Assembly (NCBI GenBank): GCA_963798845.1
Contig: CAWCUS010000002.1
Coordinates: 224,001-288,000 of the forward strand
Reading direction: 5' to 3'
DNA: 64,000 nt
DNA from: an uncultured Gemmatimonadales bacterium
GTDB lineage: Bacteria; Gemmatimonadota; Gemmatimonadetes; Longimicrobiales; RSA9
In this document: positions 1 through 10,068 of the stretch, piece by piece
Position numbering within the stretch: position 1 is the first letter of the stretch
How the letters are laid out: every line of letters starts with the position of its first letter
Notes under the pieces: generated by a model
What the model was told of the DNA's origin: nothing
The model's database searches: none
The model's input: the letters and a program-made list of their open reading frames with translations, nothing else
Position numbers and translations under genes: made by a program

Positions 1-5
1 GATCT

Positions 6-392
6 TCACGTGGAGCTCGTCCCGGCCTCCAGGTTCTTCTCCACGCGCGACGCGAGCTCGTCGAGACGAATCGGCTTGACGATGTAGTCATCGGCGCCGG
101 CCCGGAGTCCTTCCTGCTTGTCGCTGAACCCGCTGCGCGCGGTCAGCATGACGACGCGGGTGTTCCCGAAGTCCGGGTGGTTCTTGATCACGCGGGCCAC
201 CTCCCAGCCGTCCATTCCCGGCATCATGACGTCCAGCAGCACCAGCGCCGGATGCACCTCCTCCAGCCTCGCCAGACCTTCCTTGCCGTTGTTCGCCGTG
301 GTGACCACGTACCCTTTCGACTCCAGGAACGTGCGGACAATGTCCAGGGAGTCGGGATCATCATCCACGATCAGTATTGTGGTCTCGGCCAT
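6..392 (-). CDS. Single-domain response regulator (receiver)
   Basis: Receiver motifs ILIVDDD, LLDVMMPGMDG, MLTA, GADDYIVKP. ATG at 392 preferred; alternative start 413. Confidence 0.9.
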   Translation of the reverse strand: MAETTILIVDDDPDSLDIVRTFLESKGYVVTTANNGKEGLARLEEVHPALVLLDVMMPGMDGWEVARVIKNHPDFGNTRVVMLTARSGFSDKQEGLRAGADDYIVKPIRLDELASRVEKNLEAGTSST

Positions 393-472
393 CAGGCCCG
401 GGTCCGTTCGCATGGTGCGCCTCGCGCGTGAGCAACCGAAGAGCCGGGCGTTGCAAGGTCCGGGCCCCCTCG

Positions 473-2294
473 CTACCCCGCCGCGGACCCGACGGTGGCG
501 AACTGGAGCTCGTGCAGCCGGGCGTAGAGGCCGCCTCGGGCAAGGAGCTCGGCGTGGGTCCCGGTCTCGCGCAGCTCGCCGTGATGGAAGACCAGGATCC
601 GGTCGGCGTTCTGGACCGTGGAGAGGCGGTGTGCGATGACCACGGAGGTGCGCCCCTGGAGGAGTGTCTCCAGCGCTTCCTGGATCTGCGCCTCGAGCTC
701 GGAGTCCACGGAGCTGGTGGCTTCGTCCAGGATGAGGACGAGAGGGTCGAATGCCAGGGCGCGGGCGAACGAGAGCAGCTGGCGCTGGCCGACGCTCAGG
801 CTGGCGCCGCGTTCGCCCAGCGCCTCGTCGTACCCGGCGGGCAGGCGCTCAATGTGGGGTTCGGCGCCCACCCGGGCGGCAGCCTCCCGGACCCGCTGGT
901 CGTCGATGTCCTCGCGCCCGAGGCGGATGTTGTACTCCACGCTCTGGCTGAACAGGAACACGTCCTGGAGCACCAGCCCGATGCGCTCGCGCAGCGCCCG
1001 CAGGGAGACTTCCGTGATCGGCACTCCGTCGAACAGGATCTCGCCCTTCTGCGGCTCGTAGAAGCGCATGAGCAGGCTGATCGAGCGTGGTCTTGCCGGC
1101 CCCCGTGTGCCCGACCACGGCCAGCCGCTCGCCCGCGGAGACGTGGAAGGAGACGCCCTTCAGGACCCAGTCCCAGTCGCTCCCGTCCTCGGTGCGGGTG
1201 TAGGCGAACCAGACGTCCCGGAACTCGATCTCGCCGCGCCCGGGCTCCGGCATCGCCACCGGCTCCAGGGGATCGCGCACTTCCGGCTCGGTGTCCAGGA
1301 CGCGGAAGATGCGCTCGGACGAGGCCATGGCGCCCTGGAGCATGTTGTACTTCTCGGACAGGTCCTGGATCGGGCGGAAGAAGCGCCGGGCGTACATCAG
1401 GAACGCGGTCACCACGCCCACGGAAACGGTGCCTCCGACGAGCCGGCTGCCGCCGTACACCAGGATGAGCGCCAGCGCCAGCGTGGTCAGGACCTCGATG
1501 ACCGGGAAGAAGAGGGCGTAGTAGGTGATGCTTCGAAGGTGCGCCTCGAGGTGGTCCTGGTTGATCTCCCCGAAGCGGCGCACCGTATTCCGCTCCTGCC
1601 CGAAGAGCTGCACCACGCTCACGCCCGTGATCCGCTCCTGGAGGTAGGCGTTGATGCGCGCCAGGCGGACCCGGATGTCCCGGTACGCCTCCCGCACCTT
1701 CTTCCGGAACAGGAAGGCGACCAGGAACACCAGCGGCATCACGGCGAACGCCACCAGCGCCAGCTTCCAGTCCATCCACAGCATCACGCCCACGATGAAG
1801 ACGAGCGTGAAGATGTCGCCGAACACGGTGACGATGCCCGAGCTGAAGAGCTCGCTCAGCACCTCCACGTCGTTGACCACGCGGGTCATGAGCCGCCCGA
1901 CGGGGTTGCGGTCGAAGTAGCGGAGGCTCTGGCGCTGCAGGTGGCCGAACAGCTCGCCACGCAGGTCGAACATGATCTGCTGCCCCAGCCACGTGGTGAG
2001 GATCTGCTGCCCGTAGCCGAGCCCGAGCGTCAGGAAGAGGGTGGCGAAATACGCCAGGGCGAGGAGCCCGAGGTAATGCAGGTCGCCTTCGGGAATCGCG
2101 CGGTCCAGCGCCACTTTCGTCAGGTACGGCCCCGCCAGCTCCAGCGCTGCGATGATCAGCAGAATGGCCACACCGCCCACGACCGGCCAGCGGTACGGCT
2201 TCAGGTAGCGGAGCAGCCGCCGCATGAGGCGGGCGTCGTACGCCTTGCCGAACGCTTCTTCCTCGTGCAGCGGCGTGATGTCGGTCGCGGGCAT
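473..2294 (-). pseudogene. ABC exporter (TMD+NBD, MsbA/MdlB-like) split by a single-base frameshift
   Basis: ORF 849..2315 carries the TMD and Walker A GHTGAGKTT. ORF 473..1069 carries LSVGQRQ, ILDEATS and IAHRLST. Removing base 1082 restores GKTTLISLLMRFYEP. May be a sequencing error. Confidence 0.8.
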
Positions 2295-2463
2295 GCGCGG
2301 AAGGTAAGGGCGCACCGCCCCCGCCGGTACCCGGCCGCCCCGGCTTTCAGGGCCCGGTACCCGGCGCCCCGGCTGGCGCGCCCCGGGCGGTGCCCGCTAC
2401 CGTGGGGTGGTGGCGGCGGAAAGCCCCGCCGCCGTCGGTCACGACCCGCCACCCGCCTGCTCC

Positions 2464-2850
2464 ATGCTCCACGACGACGCCACTCCCGTCGGCTTCCTCG
2501 GCGCCCGCGATCTCGAGCGAGCGCGCACCTTCTACGCCGATACCCTCGGACTCCCGCTCATGCACGTGGACGTGTTCGCCCTGGTGTTCGACGCGGGCGG
2601 GACGCCGCTGCGCGTAACACGGGTGGACCGGCTGGAGCCGCACGCGTTCACGGTCTTCGGCTGGGAGGTGGACGACGTGGATGGCGCCGTCGATGCGCTG
2701 GCCGCCGCCGGCGTCGCATTCCAGCGCTTCGCCTCGCTCGAGCAGGACGCCCGCGGGATCTGGACCTCGCCCAATGGGACCCGCGTCGCGTGGTTCCTCG
2801 ACCCGGACGGGAACGTTCTCTCCGTCAGCGACAACACCAGCGACATCTAG
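2464..2850 (+). CDS. VOC/glyoxalase family protein
   Basis: DLERARTFYADTLGL and AWFLDPDGNVLSV. Start 2464 or 2407. Confidence 0.85.
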   Translation: MLHDDATPVGFLGARDLERARTFYADTLGLPLMHVDVFALVFDAGGTPLRVTRVDRLEPHAFTVFGWEVDDVDGAVDALAAAGVAFQRFASLEQDARGIWTSPNGTRVAWFLDPDGNVLSVSDNTSDI

Positions 2851-2894
2851 GTCCCACGGGCGACCCGCAGGCCCCCGGAGCGCGGTAGACGCGG

Positions 2895-3893
2895 CTAGCG
2901 GCCGCCCGCTCGCAGCCGCTCGGCGAGGAAGGCGGCGAGCATCTCCTCGGCCCAGAAACGAGGGCGGAGGATCGACCCTGCGATGAAGCCGACGTGCCCG
3001 CCGTGGCGGGTGATCAGCGGTGTCACCGCCGGGTTCGCCTCCATCGCCGCCCGGGGGATCCGCTCGGGCGGGAGGAACGGATCATCCTCGGCATGGATGA
3101 CCAGCGTCGGCACGCGGATGCCGTTGATGAAGCGCTGGGAGCTGCTGCGCGTGTAGTAGTCCGCCGCGTCAGCGAAGCCGTGCACGGGCGCCGTCATGGC
3201 CTCGTCGAAAGCGCGCAGGTCGCGGGCGGCCAGTACCGCCGCCACGTCCACGTGCCCATCCAGCACGTCCGCTTTGCCGCGCACCTTCCGAAGCAGGCTG
3301 CGCATGAAATACGCGGTGTAGACGCGCCCCATGAGACCCTCCCCGATGCGACGGCAGCCGGCGTCGAGGTCGAACGGCACGCTCACGGCCACGGCCGCGC
3401 CCACCAGGCCGCTCGCGGCCTCTCCCATCTCGCCCAGCAGCTTCAGGGTCACGTTCCCGCCGAGGGAATAGCCCACGATCCCGCACGGTCCGCCGAAACG
3501 GTCGCGCAGCCGCTCGGCCACGAAGCGAACGTCGGCCGTATCGCCCGAGTGGTACGCCCGCGGCGTCCGGTTCGGCTCCCCGCTGCAGCCCCGGAAGTTC
3601 AGGCCGACCGGGCTGAGGCCGCTGTCGAGCAGCGCGGCGTACGTGGTGCGCATGTAGGGGCGGTCCGCCGTCCCTTCCAGGCCGTGGAGCACGAGGACCT
3701 GCGGCCTCCGGCCTCCCCGCTCTTCCACGCCCGCGAAGTCGAGGTCGACGAAGTCCCCGTCCGGCAGCTCGAGCCGCTCGCGGCGGAGGAGAACGTCGAC
3801 ACCCGGGCGCAGCACCTTCCCCGCGATGGACTGGAGGTGAGGGTTCGAGAGACCGGGCGCGGGCCGGAACGGCCAGGGTGTCGGGTTCGGCAT
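2895..3893 (-). CDS. YheT-like alpha/beta hydrolase
   Basis: NPHLQS, LHGLEG, NFRGCSGEPN, GYSLGG nucleophile elbow, DDPF, GGHVGF. Confidence 0.9.
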   Translation of the reverse strand: MPNPTPWPFRPAPGLSNPHLQSIAGKVLRPGVDVLLRRERLELPDGDFVDLDFAGVEERGGRRPQVLVLHGLEGTADRPYMRTTYAALLDSGLSPVGLNFRGCSGEPNRTPRAYHSGDTADVRFVAERLRDRFGGPCGIVGYSLGGNVTLKLLGEMGEAASGLVGAAVAVSVPFDLDAGCRRIGEGLMGRVYTAYFMRSLLRKVRGKADVLDGHVDVAAVLAARDLRAFDEAMTAPVHGFADAADYYTRSSSQRFINGIRVPTLVIHAEDDPFLPPERIPRAAMEANPAVTPLITRHGGHVGFIAGSILRPRFWAEEMLAAFLAERLRAGGR

Positions 3894-3988
3894 TCTGAAG
3901 GCTATCAGCGATCGGGCCGCAATGACGCGACTATGGACACGCGTGCCACCACGATGTTGATTTCTGTCACCACTCCCCCGGAGCCGCC

Positions 3989-4903
3989 GTGGATATCCAG
4001 ATCCTCACCGTCCCCTACGATTCGGGTCATCGCGCCGTGCGCATGGGGCGCGGCCCCGGGAGGCTCATCGAAGCCGGCATCGCTTCCGAACTGGAAGGCA
4101 ATGGCCACCGCGTCCGCGTGCGCGAACTCGAGACCAGGGTGGATCCCCCCACCGAGATCGCCTGCGCATTCGACCTGGCCCGCACTCTCTCCGCCGCGGT
4201 CGCGGACGCCCGCGAAGCCGACCGCTTCACCGTGGTCCTGGCCGGAAACTGCTTCTCCGCCCTCGGCACCGTCACCGGGTTGGGGGGCGAGCGCGTCGGT
4301 GTCCTCTGGTTCGACGCCCACGGCGACCTCAACACGCCCGACACCACCACCAGCGGGTTCCTCGACGGGATGGCCGCCGCCACCCTCACCGGCCGCTGCT
4401 GGCGAGAGCTCGTCGCCACCATCCCCGGCTTCAGACCGCTCCACGACCTGAACCTCCTCCTCATCGGCGCCCGCGACCTCGACCGCCCCGAATCCGCCCT
4501 CGCCTCGGCCGTCGGCATCGCCCGCCTCGACAGCGACGAGCTCCGCAGCCACGGAACCAGAGCCGCCGTCCGCAAGCGCCTGGCCCGCATGTCCCAGAGC
4601 GCCGACACCTTCTACCTCCACGTGGACCTCGACGTCCTCGATCCGGATGTGGCTCCCGTCAGCGCCTTCAGCACCCCGGGCGGCCTGACCCCCGGAGAGG
4701 TGGTCGAAGCGGCCGCCGCCGCAGCAGCAGTTCGACCCATCTGCGCCGTTGCCATCGCCTCCTACGATCCCGCGTTCGATATCGACGGCCGCGCCGCCGC
4801 CGCCGCCATCCACATCGTCCGCGGCATCGCCCGGGAGGCCGAGCGCCGTGGCGCCGCCACCCCGCCCGCCGCGCCTATGGCTCCCGCACCACCAGTCCCC
4901 TGA
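3989..4903 (+). CDS. Arginase/ureohydrolase family protein
   Basis: DAHGDLN, SGFLDGM, HVDLDVLDP, PGGLT. First metal motif reads AGNC instead of GGDH. Confidence 0.85.
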   Translation: MDIQILTVPYDSGHRAVRMGRGPGRLIEAGIASELEGNGHRVRVRELETRVDPPTEIACAFDLARTLSAAVADAREADRFTVVLAGNCFSALGTVTGLGGERVGVLWFDAHGDLNTPDTTTSGFLDGMAAATLTGRCWRELVATIPGFRPLHDLNLLLIGARDLDRPESALASAVGIARLDSDELRSHGTRAAVRKRLARMSQSADTFYLHVDLDVLDPDVAPVSAFSTPGGLTPGEVVEAAAAAAAVRPICAVAIASYDPAFDIDGRAAAAAIHIVRGIAREAERRGAATPPAAPMAPAPPVP

Positions 4904-5483
4904 CCGCCGCACGGTAGCGATCCAGGTCGAATCGGGATGGGTCGGCGATCAGCTGCATCACGCACCCCTGGATGAAGCTCACCACAACCGACGCCAGACC
5001 TTCCCCGCCCACGGCCCGGTACCGCTCCGGCGCCGCCTCCACCACCGGCTCCGTCCACGGCAGGAACTCCCCTCGGTACCGCTCGAACGCCGCACGGATC
5101 CGATGCTGGATCTCCGGCACGCTCGTCCCCAGCACCCAGTAGTCCAGAAACAGGCTCGAGCGCGCCCGCCGCGTCGGAAGCACCGCCAGCTGATGCTCCA
5201 GCAGCGCCAGCAGCCGCTTCGCCGGCCGGTCCGACAGCGCCCCCGCCTCCAGCTCCGGCGGCACCCGCACACGCGGGTCCTCCAGCAGCAGCCAGTCCAG
5301 AAGCGCCAGCAGCAGACGCTCCCGGTCCTCGAAATGGAAGAACACCAGCCCCTTGCTCACCCCCGCCCCCTCCGCCACCGCCCGCGCGCTCAACCCGCCC
5401 AATCCCTTCAGGGTCGCCACCTGGAAGGCAGCCTCGATGATGGCTTCCCGGCGCTGCTCTTCCGGCATCCGTTTCCCGGGCAT
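4875..5483 (-). CDS. TetR/AcrR family transcriptional regulator
   Basis: N-terminal HTH: RREAIIEAA...SARAVAEGAGVSKGLVFFHF. Confidence 0.9.
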   Translation of the reverse strand: MPGKRMPEEQRREAIIEAAFQVATLKGLGGLSARAVAEGAGVSKGLVFFHFEDRERLLLALLDWLLLEDPRVRVPPELEAGALSDRPAKRLLALLEHQLAVLPTRRARSSLFLDYWVLGTSVPEIQHRIRAAFERYRGEFLPWTEPVVEAAPERYRAVGGEGLASVVVSFIQGCVMQLIADPSRFDLDRYRAAVRGLVVREP

Positions 5484-5492
5484 GTCGACCTC

Positions 5493-5544
5493 TTGACCGA
5501 AGGGTCAGTAACCGCTACCGTGCATGCGTTGACCTGACGGTCAA
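5493..5544. promoter_or_regulatory. Pair of palindromic operators, probably bound by the adjacent TetR
   Basis: TTGACC-GAAG-GGTCAG (5493-5508) and perfect TTGACC-TGAC-GGTCAA (5529-5544) directly upstream of the tetR start. Confidence 0.7.
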
Positions 5545-5822
5545 CAATCGGGAAACTGTGGTTCGGGCTCCGGTCGGGCCAGAGGGTGGGGAAGCAGGGT
5601 CGGGTGTGGCCTGTGCCGGGGCGCCGTGATGGCTTCTGGTCTGGTCGAGAACGGGTCGGGCCCACCGGCTGCGTCTGGGGGGATCAGTCGGCCCCGCCCG
5701 GGATCGAAGGAATCGAACCCACCTGGCAGGGGTAGCGGGTCACGGTGCAATGCCGTGGCCCGCTTCTGCATGGGGGCCGGTGGCGGAGCTCGTCGCACTT
5801 TATCCCCGTTCTGCGGGCGCAT

Positions 5823-6680
5823 ATGATGGTCCGCATGCGAAGCCGCCTCCGGGGTACCCGTTCTCTTTCCTTGACGCCCGTCCTCGCGCCTGTGATCGGG
5901 CTGGCCGTGCTTGCGGCCTCGTGCGGGCGAGCGCCGGTGCGGGGTGGGGGCTGGGTGGCGGCGGCGGAGGCAGTGCGTCCGACGGTGCACTCGGTGTGGG
6001 GGAGCCGACCGGTGGACGGGCTGGAGCGGACCGCGTTCGCCCCGCTGGGGAGCGCGTTCGCGTTGACGGCGAAGGGGCTGCTGCTGACGAACGCGCACGT
6101 GGTGGCGCCGGAGCGGGGCCTGGCGAGGCACCTCCGGGTGCTGGTGCAGGGGGACACGGGGGCGGTGTTCTACAATGGGGAGGTGCTGGCGATCGACGAG
6201 GGGAAGGACCTTGCGGTGGTCCGGATCGAGGCGGACGGCCTGCGGTACGCGCGCTGGACGGAGGAGGAGGCGCCGATCGGCACGCCGCTGGCCACGATCG
6301 GCTACGGGCTTCCGGAGGGCGGAGTGGTGGAGGCGAGCGATACGGACGTGGTTTCGCAGTACACCGTTTTCCGCCGGTTCACGGCCGGGTACAGCAGCGG
6401 CTATCGTACGCGGGTGGCAGGGGATCCTGGAACGAACGCGCTGGAGGCGGACCTGTTCCTCTTCCCCGGTGTGAGCGGGGGGCCGGCGTTCCGGGAGGAC
6501 GGGCGGGTGGTGGGTGTGGACCGTGGCCACCGCGAGTACCGGGAGGCTGCGTCGTCGTACGGCGTGATCATCCCGGCGAACGTGGTGAAGCTCTTCCTGG
6601 CGTCGGTGGCGGCGGAAACCGGCCTGGATCCCGACTCTGTGTTCGGCGCCGCGCCCGCCGGCGCAGCGGAGCGGCCGTGA
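5823..6680 (+). CDS. Trypsin-like (S1) serine protease, probable lipoprotein
   Basis: Triad motifs TNAHVV, KDLAVV, PGVSGGP; lipobox-like LAASC. No PDZ. Exact start uncertain. Confidence 0.8.
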   Translation: MMVRMRSRLRGTRSLSLTPVLAPVIGLAVLAASCGRAPVRGGGWVAAAEAVRPTVHSVWGSRPVDGLERTAFAPLGSAFALTAKGLLLTNAHVVAPERGLARHLRVLVQGDTGAVFYNGEVLAIDEGKDLAVVRIEADGLRYARWTEEEAPIGTPLATIGYGLPEGGVVEASDTDVVSQYTVFRRFTAGYSSGYRTRVAGDPGTNALEADLFLFPGVSGGPAFREDGRVVGVDRGHREYREAASSYGVIIPANVVKLFLASVAAETGLDPDSVFGAAPAGAAERP

Positions 6681-8506
6681 AGGCCCGCGGGCGCTGCCGC
6701 CCTGCGACGGCAGTGCGGCTCTTCGCCGCCCTGGCCGTCACGGCGGTGTCGTGCGGACCCGGCGTCGCGTCGGCGCCCCGTCCGTCCGGCCCTCCGGGCG
6801 GCGGGGCCGCGGCGGGCGGGAGTGTGGCTGCCCCCGGCGTCGCCGCGAGGAGCGGTGAGGCGCCCGACCTCTACTTCCCTTCGCGCGACCTCGGGCCGCT
6901 CTTCCAGGACGTCCAGCTGTCAGGGATCTTCGCGGACTCGAAGACGTTCGTGGACGCCAGGCCGCGGGAAGCGCCAGGGGAGGTGGGGTCGCGCTACGTC
7001 GCCCTGCGGGCGGAGCCAGGGTTCGATCTCGAGGCTTTCGTCGAGCGCGAGTTCGAGCTCCCGGCGGCAGCGGGAGGCGAGTTCCGCACGGACACCTCCC
7101 GCACGATGGCGGAGCATATCCGCGCGCTCTGGCCGGTCCTCACTCGCCATGCCGACGAGCCCGACGCACGCTCCTCGCTGATCCCGCTGCCGGCGCCGTA
7201 CGTGGTGCCCGGCGGCCGCTTCCGCGAGGTGTACTACTGGGACTCGTACTTCACCATGATCGGGCTGGTGGAAAGCGGGTGCGTGGACCTGGTGGGGAGC
7301 ATGCTCGACAACTTCGCGTGGCTGGTCCGGACCTACGGTCACGTGCCGAACGGCAACCGGGCGTACTACCTGAGCCGCAGTCAGCCGCCCTTCCTCGCGG
7401 CCATGGTCGGGCTGTACGCGGCAACGGCCGACACCGCCAGCGCGCTCCGTTACCTCGACGCGCTGATCGCCGAGCACGGCTTCTGGATGGACGGCGCGGA
7501 CCGCGTTGCGCCCGGTGAAGCGTACCGGCGGGTGGTGCGGCTGTCGGACGGCTCCGTGCTGAACCGCTACTGGGACGAACGCGACGACCCCCGCCCGGAG
7601 TCGTTCCAGGCGGACTACCGGCTGGGGCAGACCCTTTCGTCCGCCGAGCGGCCGGCGTTCTACCGGAACATCCGCGCAACGGCCGAGAGCGGCTGGGACT
7701 TCTCCAGCCGGTGGATGCGCGACTCATCGGACCTGCGCACGCTGGAGACCACGGAGCTCGCGCCGATCGACCTCAACAGCCTGCTCTACCACCAGGAGCG
7801 GACGATCGCCGCGCTCCTCCGGTCCCGCGACGCGCCTGGCGACGCGGCCGCCGCCCACCGCTTCGACCAGGCCGCCGCCGAGCGTCGCCGGGACCTGCTC
7901 GCCGCCGCCTGGGACCCGGAACGCCGCTTCTTCTACGACGTCCGCTGGCGCACCGGCCAGCGCGTCACCGACCGTCCGACCCTCGCCGCCGCCGTCCCCC
8001 TCTTCTTCGGCGTGGCCTCTCCCGAGCAGGGCGGCGCCGTCGCCGACGTCCTCGCCCGCGACTTCCTACGCCCCGGCGGCTTCGTCACCACGCAGGTGGC
8101 GTCGGGGCAGCAGTGGGACGCGCCCAACGGCTGGCCGCCGCTGGAGTGGATGGCGATCGAGGGGGCGCGGCGATACGGCCGCGTCACGCTTGCGGACACC
8201 GCGGCCGCCCGCTGGCTGCGGCTCCTCCGTGACACGTTCCGGTCCACCGGCCGGATGACGGAGAAGTACGACGTGGTGGACCTGGCCCGCCGCGCTGGCG
8301 GCGGGGAGTATCCGACACAGGATGGCTTCGGCTGGACCAACGGGGTGGCGCTTGGACTCCTGGGGACGGGGGCCGCCGCCTCCGCGCCGGGCGGCCGTCG
8401 CCCACCATCATCTCCCGGCCGGGGGCGGGACGGACGCAGCGACGGGTCCGATGCCCGGCCACCGGCCCCGACACGGAGGGACCCATGCCCGCTCCGGCAC
8501 GAGTGA
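6677..8506 (+). CDS. treA: Alpha,alpha-trehalase (GH37), probably exported
   Basis: DSKTFVD, PGGRFREVYYWDSY, PNGNRAYYLSRSQPP, AESGWDFSSRW, QQWDAPNGWPP, QDGFGWTNG. GTG overlaps the upstream TGA (GTGA); signal/lipobox TAVSC. Confidence 0.92.
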   Translation: MKARGRCRPATAVRLFAALAVTAVSCGPGVASAPRPSGPPGGGAAAGGSVAAPGVAARSGEAPDLYFPSRDLGPLFQDVQLSGIFADSKTFVDARPREAPGEVGSRYVALRAEPGFDLEAFVEREFELPAAAGGEFRTDTSRTMAEHIRALWPVLTRHADEPDARSSLIPLPAPYVVPGGRFREVYYWDSYFTMIGLVESGCVDLVGSMLDNFAWLVRTYGHVPNGNRAYYLSRSQPPFLAAMVGLYAATADTASALRYLDALIAEHGFWMDGADRVAPGEAYRRVVRLSDGSVLNRYWDERDDPRPESFQADYRLGQTLSSAERPAFYRNIRATAESGWDFSSRWMRDSSDLRTLETTELAPIDLNSLLYHQERTIAALLRSRDAPGDAAAAHRFDQAAAERRRDLLAAAWDPERRFFYDVRWRTGQRVTDRPTLAAAVPLFFGVASPEQGGAVADVLARDFLRPGGFVTTQVASGQQWDAPNGWPPLEWMAIEGARRYGRVTLADTAAARWLRLLRDTFRSTGRMTEKYDVVDLARRAGGGEYPTQDGFGWTNGVALGLLGTGAAASAPGGRRPPSSPGRGRDGRSDGSDARPPAPTRRDPCPLRHE

Positions 8507-10068
8507 AGTGGTGGGACGACGTCGTCAGCTCGGAGTCGGTGAAGCTCACCGACGAGGTTCACCTGCTGTGGGGAGACCGCGTGCGCGTGCTCCAGCATGA
8601 CGCCGCCGCGAAGCGCTCGCGCGTGTACGCCCGCGGCGCCATCGGCTGGATCGACGACCACCATCTCGGTGGTGACCCGCTCCTGGAGCTGTACTTCATC
8701 GACGTGGGGCAGGGCGACGGCATCCTGATCGTCACGCCCGAAGGGCACCACATCGTCATCGACGGCGGACTCCAGCGGTCGTATCAGCAGACGCGGAAGA
8801 GCGCGGCGGACTTCGTGGACTGGAAGTTCGCGAAGGACTACCTCGTGTGGGGGGAGCGGGACGATGCGGCGAAGAACGCGGTGCGCCTGGACGCCATGAT
8901 CGCGACCCACGCGGACCAGGACCACTATGGCGGGCTGCGCGACCTGATCGACCGGGACACGCCGGACTACCGCGAGGAGCTGGACGCCCTCAATGTCACC
9001 GTGGAGGCGTTCTACCACCCCGGTCTCTGTCCCCAGGAGGACGGGACCGACGCCCTCGGTGAGAAGGACGGCGGCTGCTTCGTCCGCCTCATGGAGGACC
9101 GGGCGTCGGTGGAGAAGAGCCTCGGCCCCGATCCGGGTGGTGCGCCCCGCCTGCGGGGCTACTGGCGTTCCTTCATCTCCGCCGTGGCCCGGCAGAAGCG
9201 CAGGGACGGACAGCCGACCACCATCCAGCGGCTGTCGCAGAGGACCGGCTTTCTCCCCGGCTTCGATGATGCCAGGCACGATTCGGCCGTGGCGATCCGC
9301 GTGCTCGCCCCGGTCGAGGAGGAGGTCGGCGGGACGCCGGGGCTGCGCGACCTGGGCGACGAGGCGCACAACAAGAACGGGCACTCGGTCGCCCTCAGGC
9401 TCGACTACGGCGAACGCCGCTTTCTCCTCACCGGCGACCTCAACGACAAGGCCCACGCGCTCATCATCGACAGCTATCCGGCGCTGGCGGCGTTCGAGGA
9501 CGACTGGCGCGCCGACGTCGCCAAGGCGTGCCACCACGGGAGCCACGAGGTGGACCGGCGCTTCCTCCAGGGCGTCCAGGCCCTCGCCACCATCTTCTCC
9601 AGCGGCGACGCCAACACGTACGACCACCCGCGCGCGTGGCCTCTCGGCGCCGCGGCCCTCTACGGCCGAGTCATCGAGGACGCGAGCCAGTTCCGCCTGA
9701 AGGCCCCGCTCATCTACTCCACCGAGGTCGCCCGCAGCATCTCCCTGTCCGGGATCGAGCAGCTGAGGCGCTACGACACGCCTCAGTCGTACGGCCGCGA
9801 GAGAGCCGAGCCGGCCGACCAGGTGTCCGGCGAGGTCACCATGAGCCGCTGGCGGGTCGTCCTGAACAGGGACAGCGCCGAGCCCCGCGACCTCCCGCCC
9901 GCGCCCGGCGTCCGCGTCATGCGCAGCCTGGTTTACGGGCTGGTGAACGTTCGATCCGACGGCAGGCGTCTCCTTTTCGCCGTGCGCAACGAGGGCAACT
10001 ACTCCTGGTCCACCGCCACCATGGAGGCCGAAGAGATCGACGGCGCGTTCCGCATGGTCAGACCGTGA
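8485..10068 (+). CDS. ComEC/Rec2-type metallo-beta-lactamase-fold hydrolase without membrane domain
   Basis: [37 protein letters not shown]; short SH3-like N-terminus (LLWGDRVRV...GWI). Confidence 0.8.
   Translation: MPAPARVKWWDDVVSSESVKLTDEVHLLWGDRVRVLQHDAAAKRSRVYARGAIGWIDDHHLGGDPLLELYFIDVGQGDGILIVTPEGHHIVIDGGLQRSYQQTRKSAADFVDWKFAKDYLVWGERDDAAKNAVRLDAMIATHADQDHYGGLRDLIDRDTPDYREELDALNVTVEAFYHPGLCPQEDGTDALGEKDGGCFVRLMEDRASVEKSLGPDPGGAPRLRGYWRSFISAVARQKRRDGQPTTIQRLSQRTGFLPGFDDARHDSAVAIRVLAPVEEEVGGTPGLRDLGDEAHNKNGHSVALRLDYGERRFLLTGDLNDKAHALIIDSYPALAAFEDDWRADVAKACHHGSHEVDRRFLQGVQALATIFSSGDANTYDHPRAWPLGAAALYGRVIEDASQFRLKAPLIYSTEVARSISLSGIEQLRRYDTPQSYGRERAEPADQVSGEVTMSRWRVVLNRDSAEPRDLPPAPGVRVMRSLVYGLVNVRSDGRRLLFAVRNEGNYSWSTATMEAEEIDGAFRMVRP

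Noticed and set aside
5750..6676. N-terminal 309 aa of the 918-aa ORF
   Set aside because: Shadow frame over the serine protease; trehalase plausibly starts at GTG 6677.
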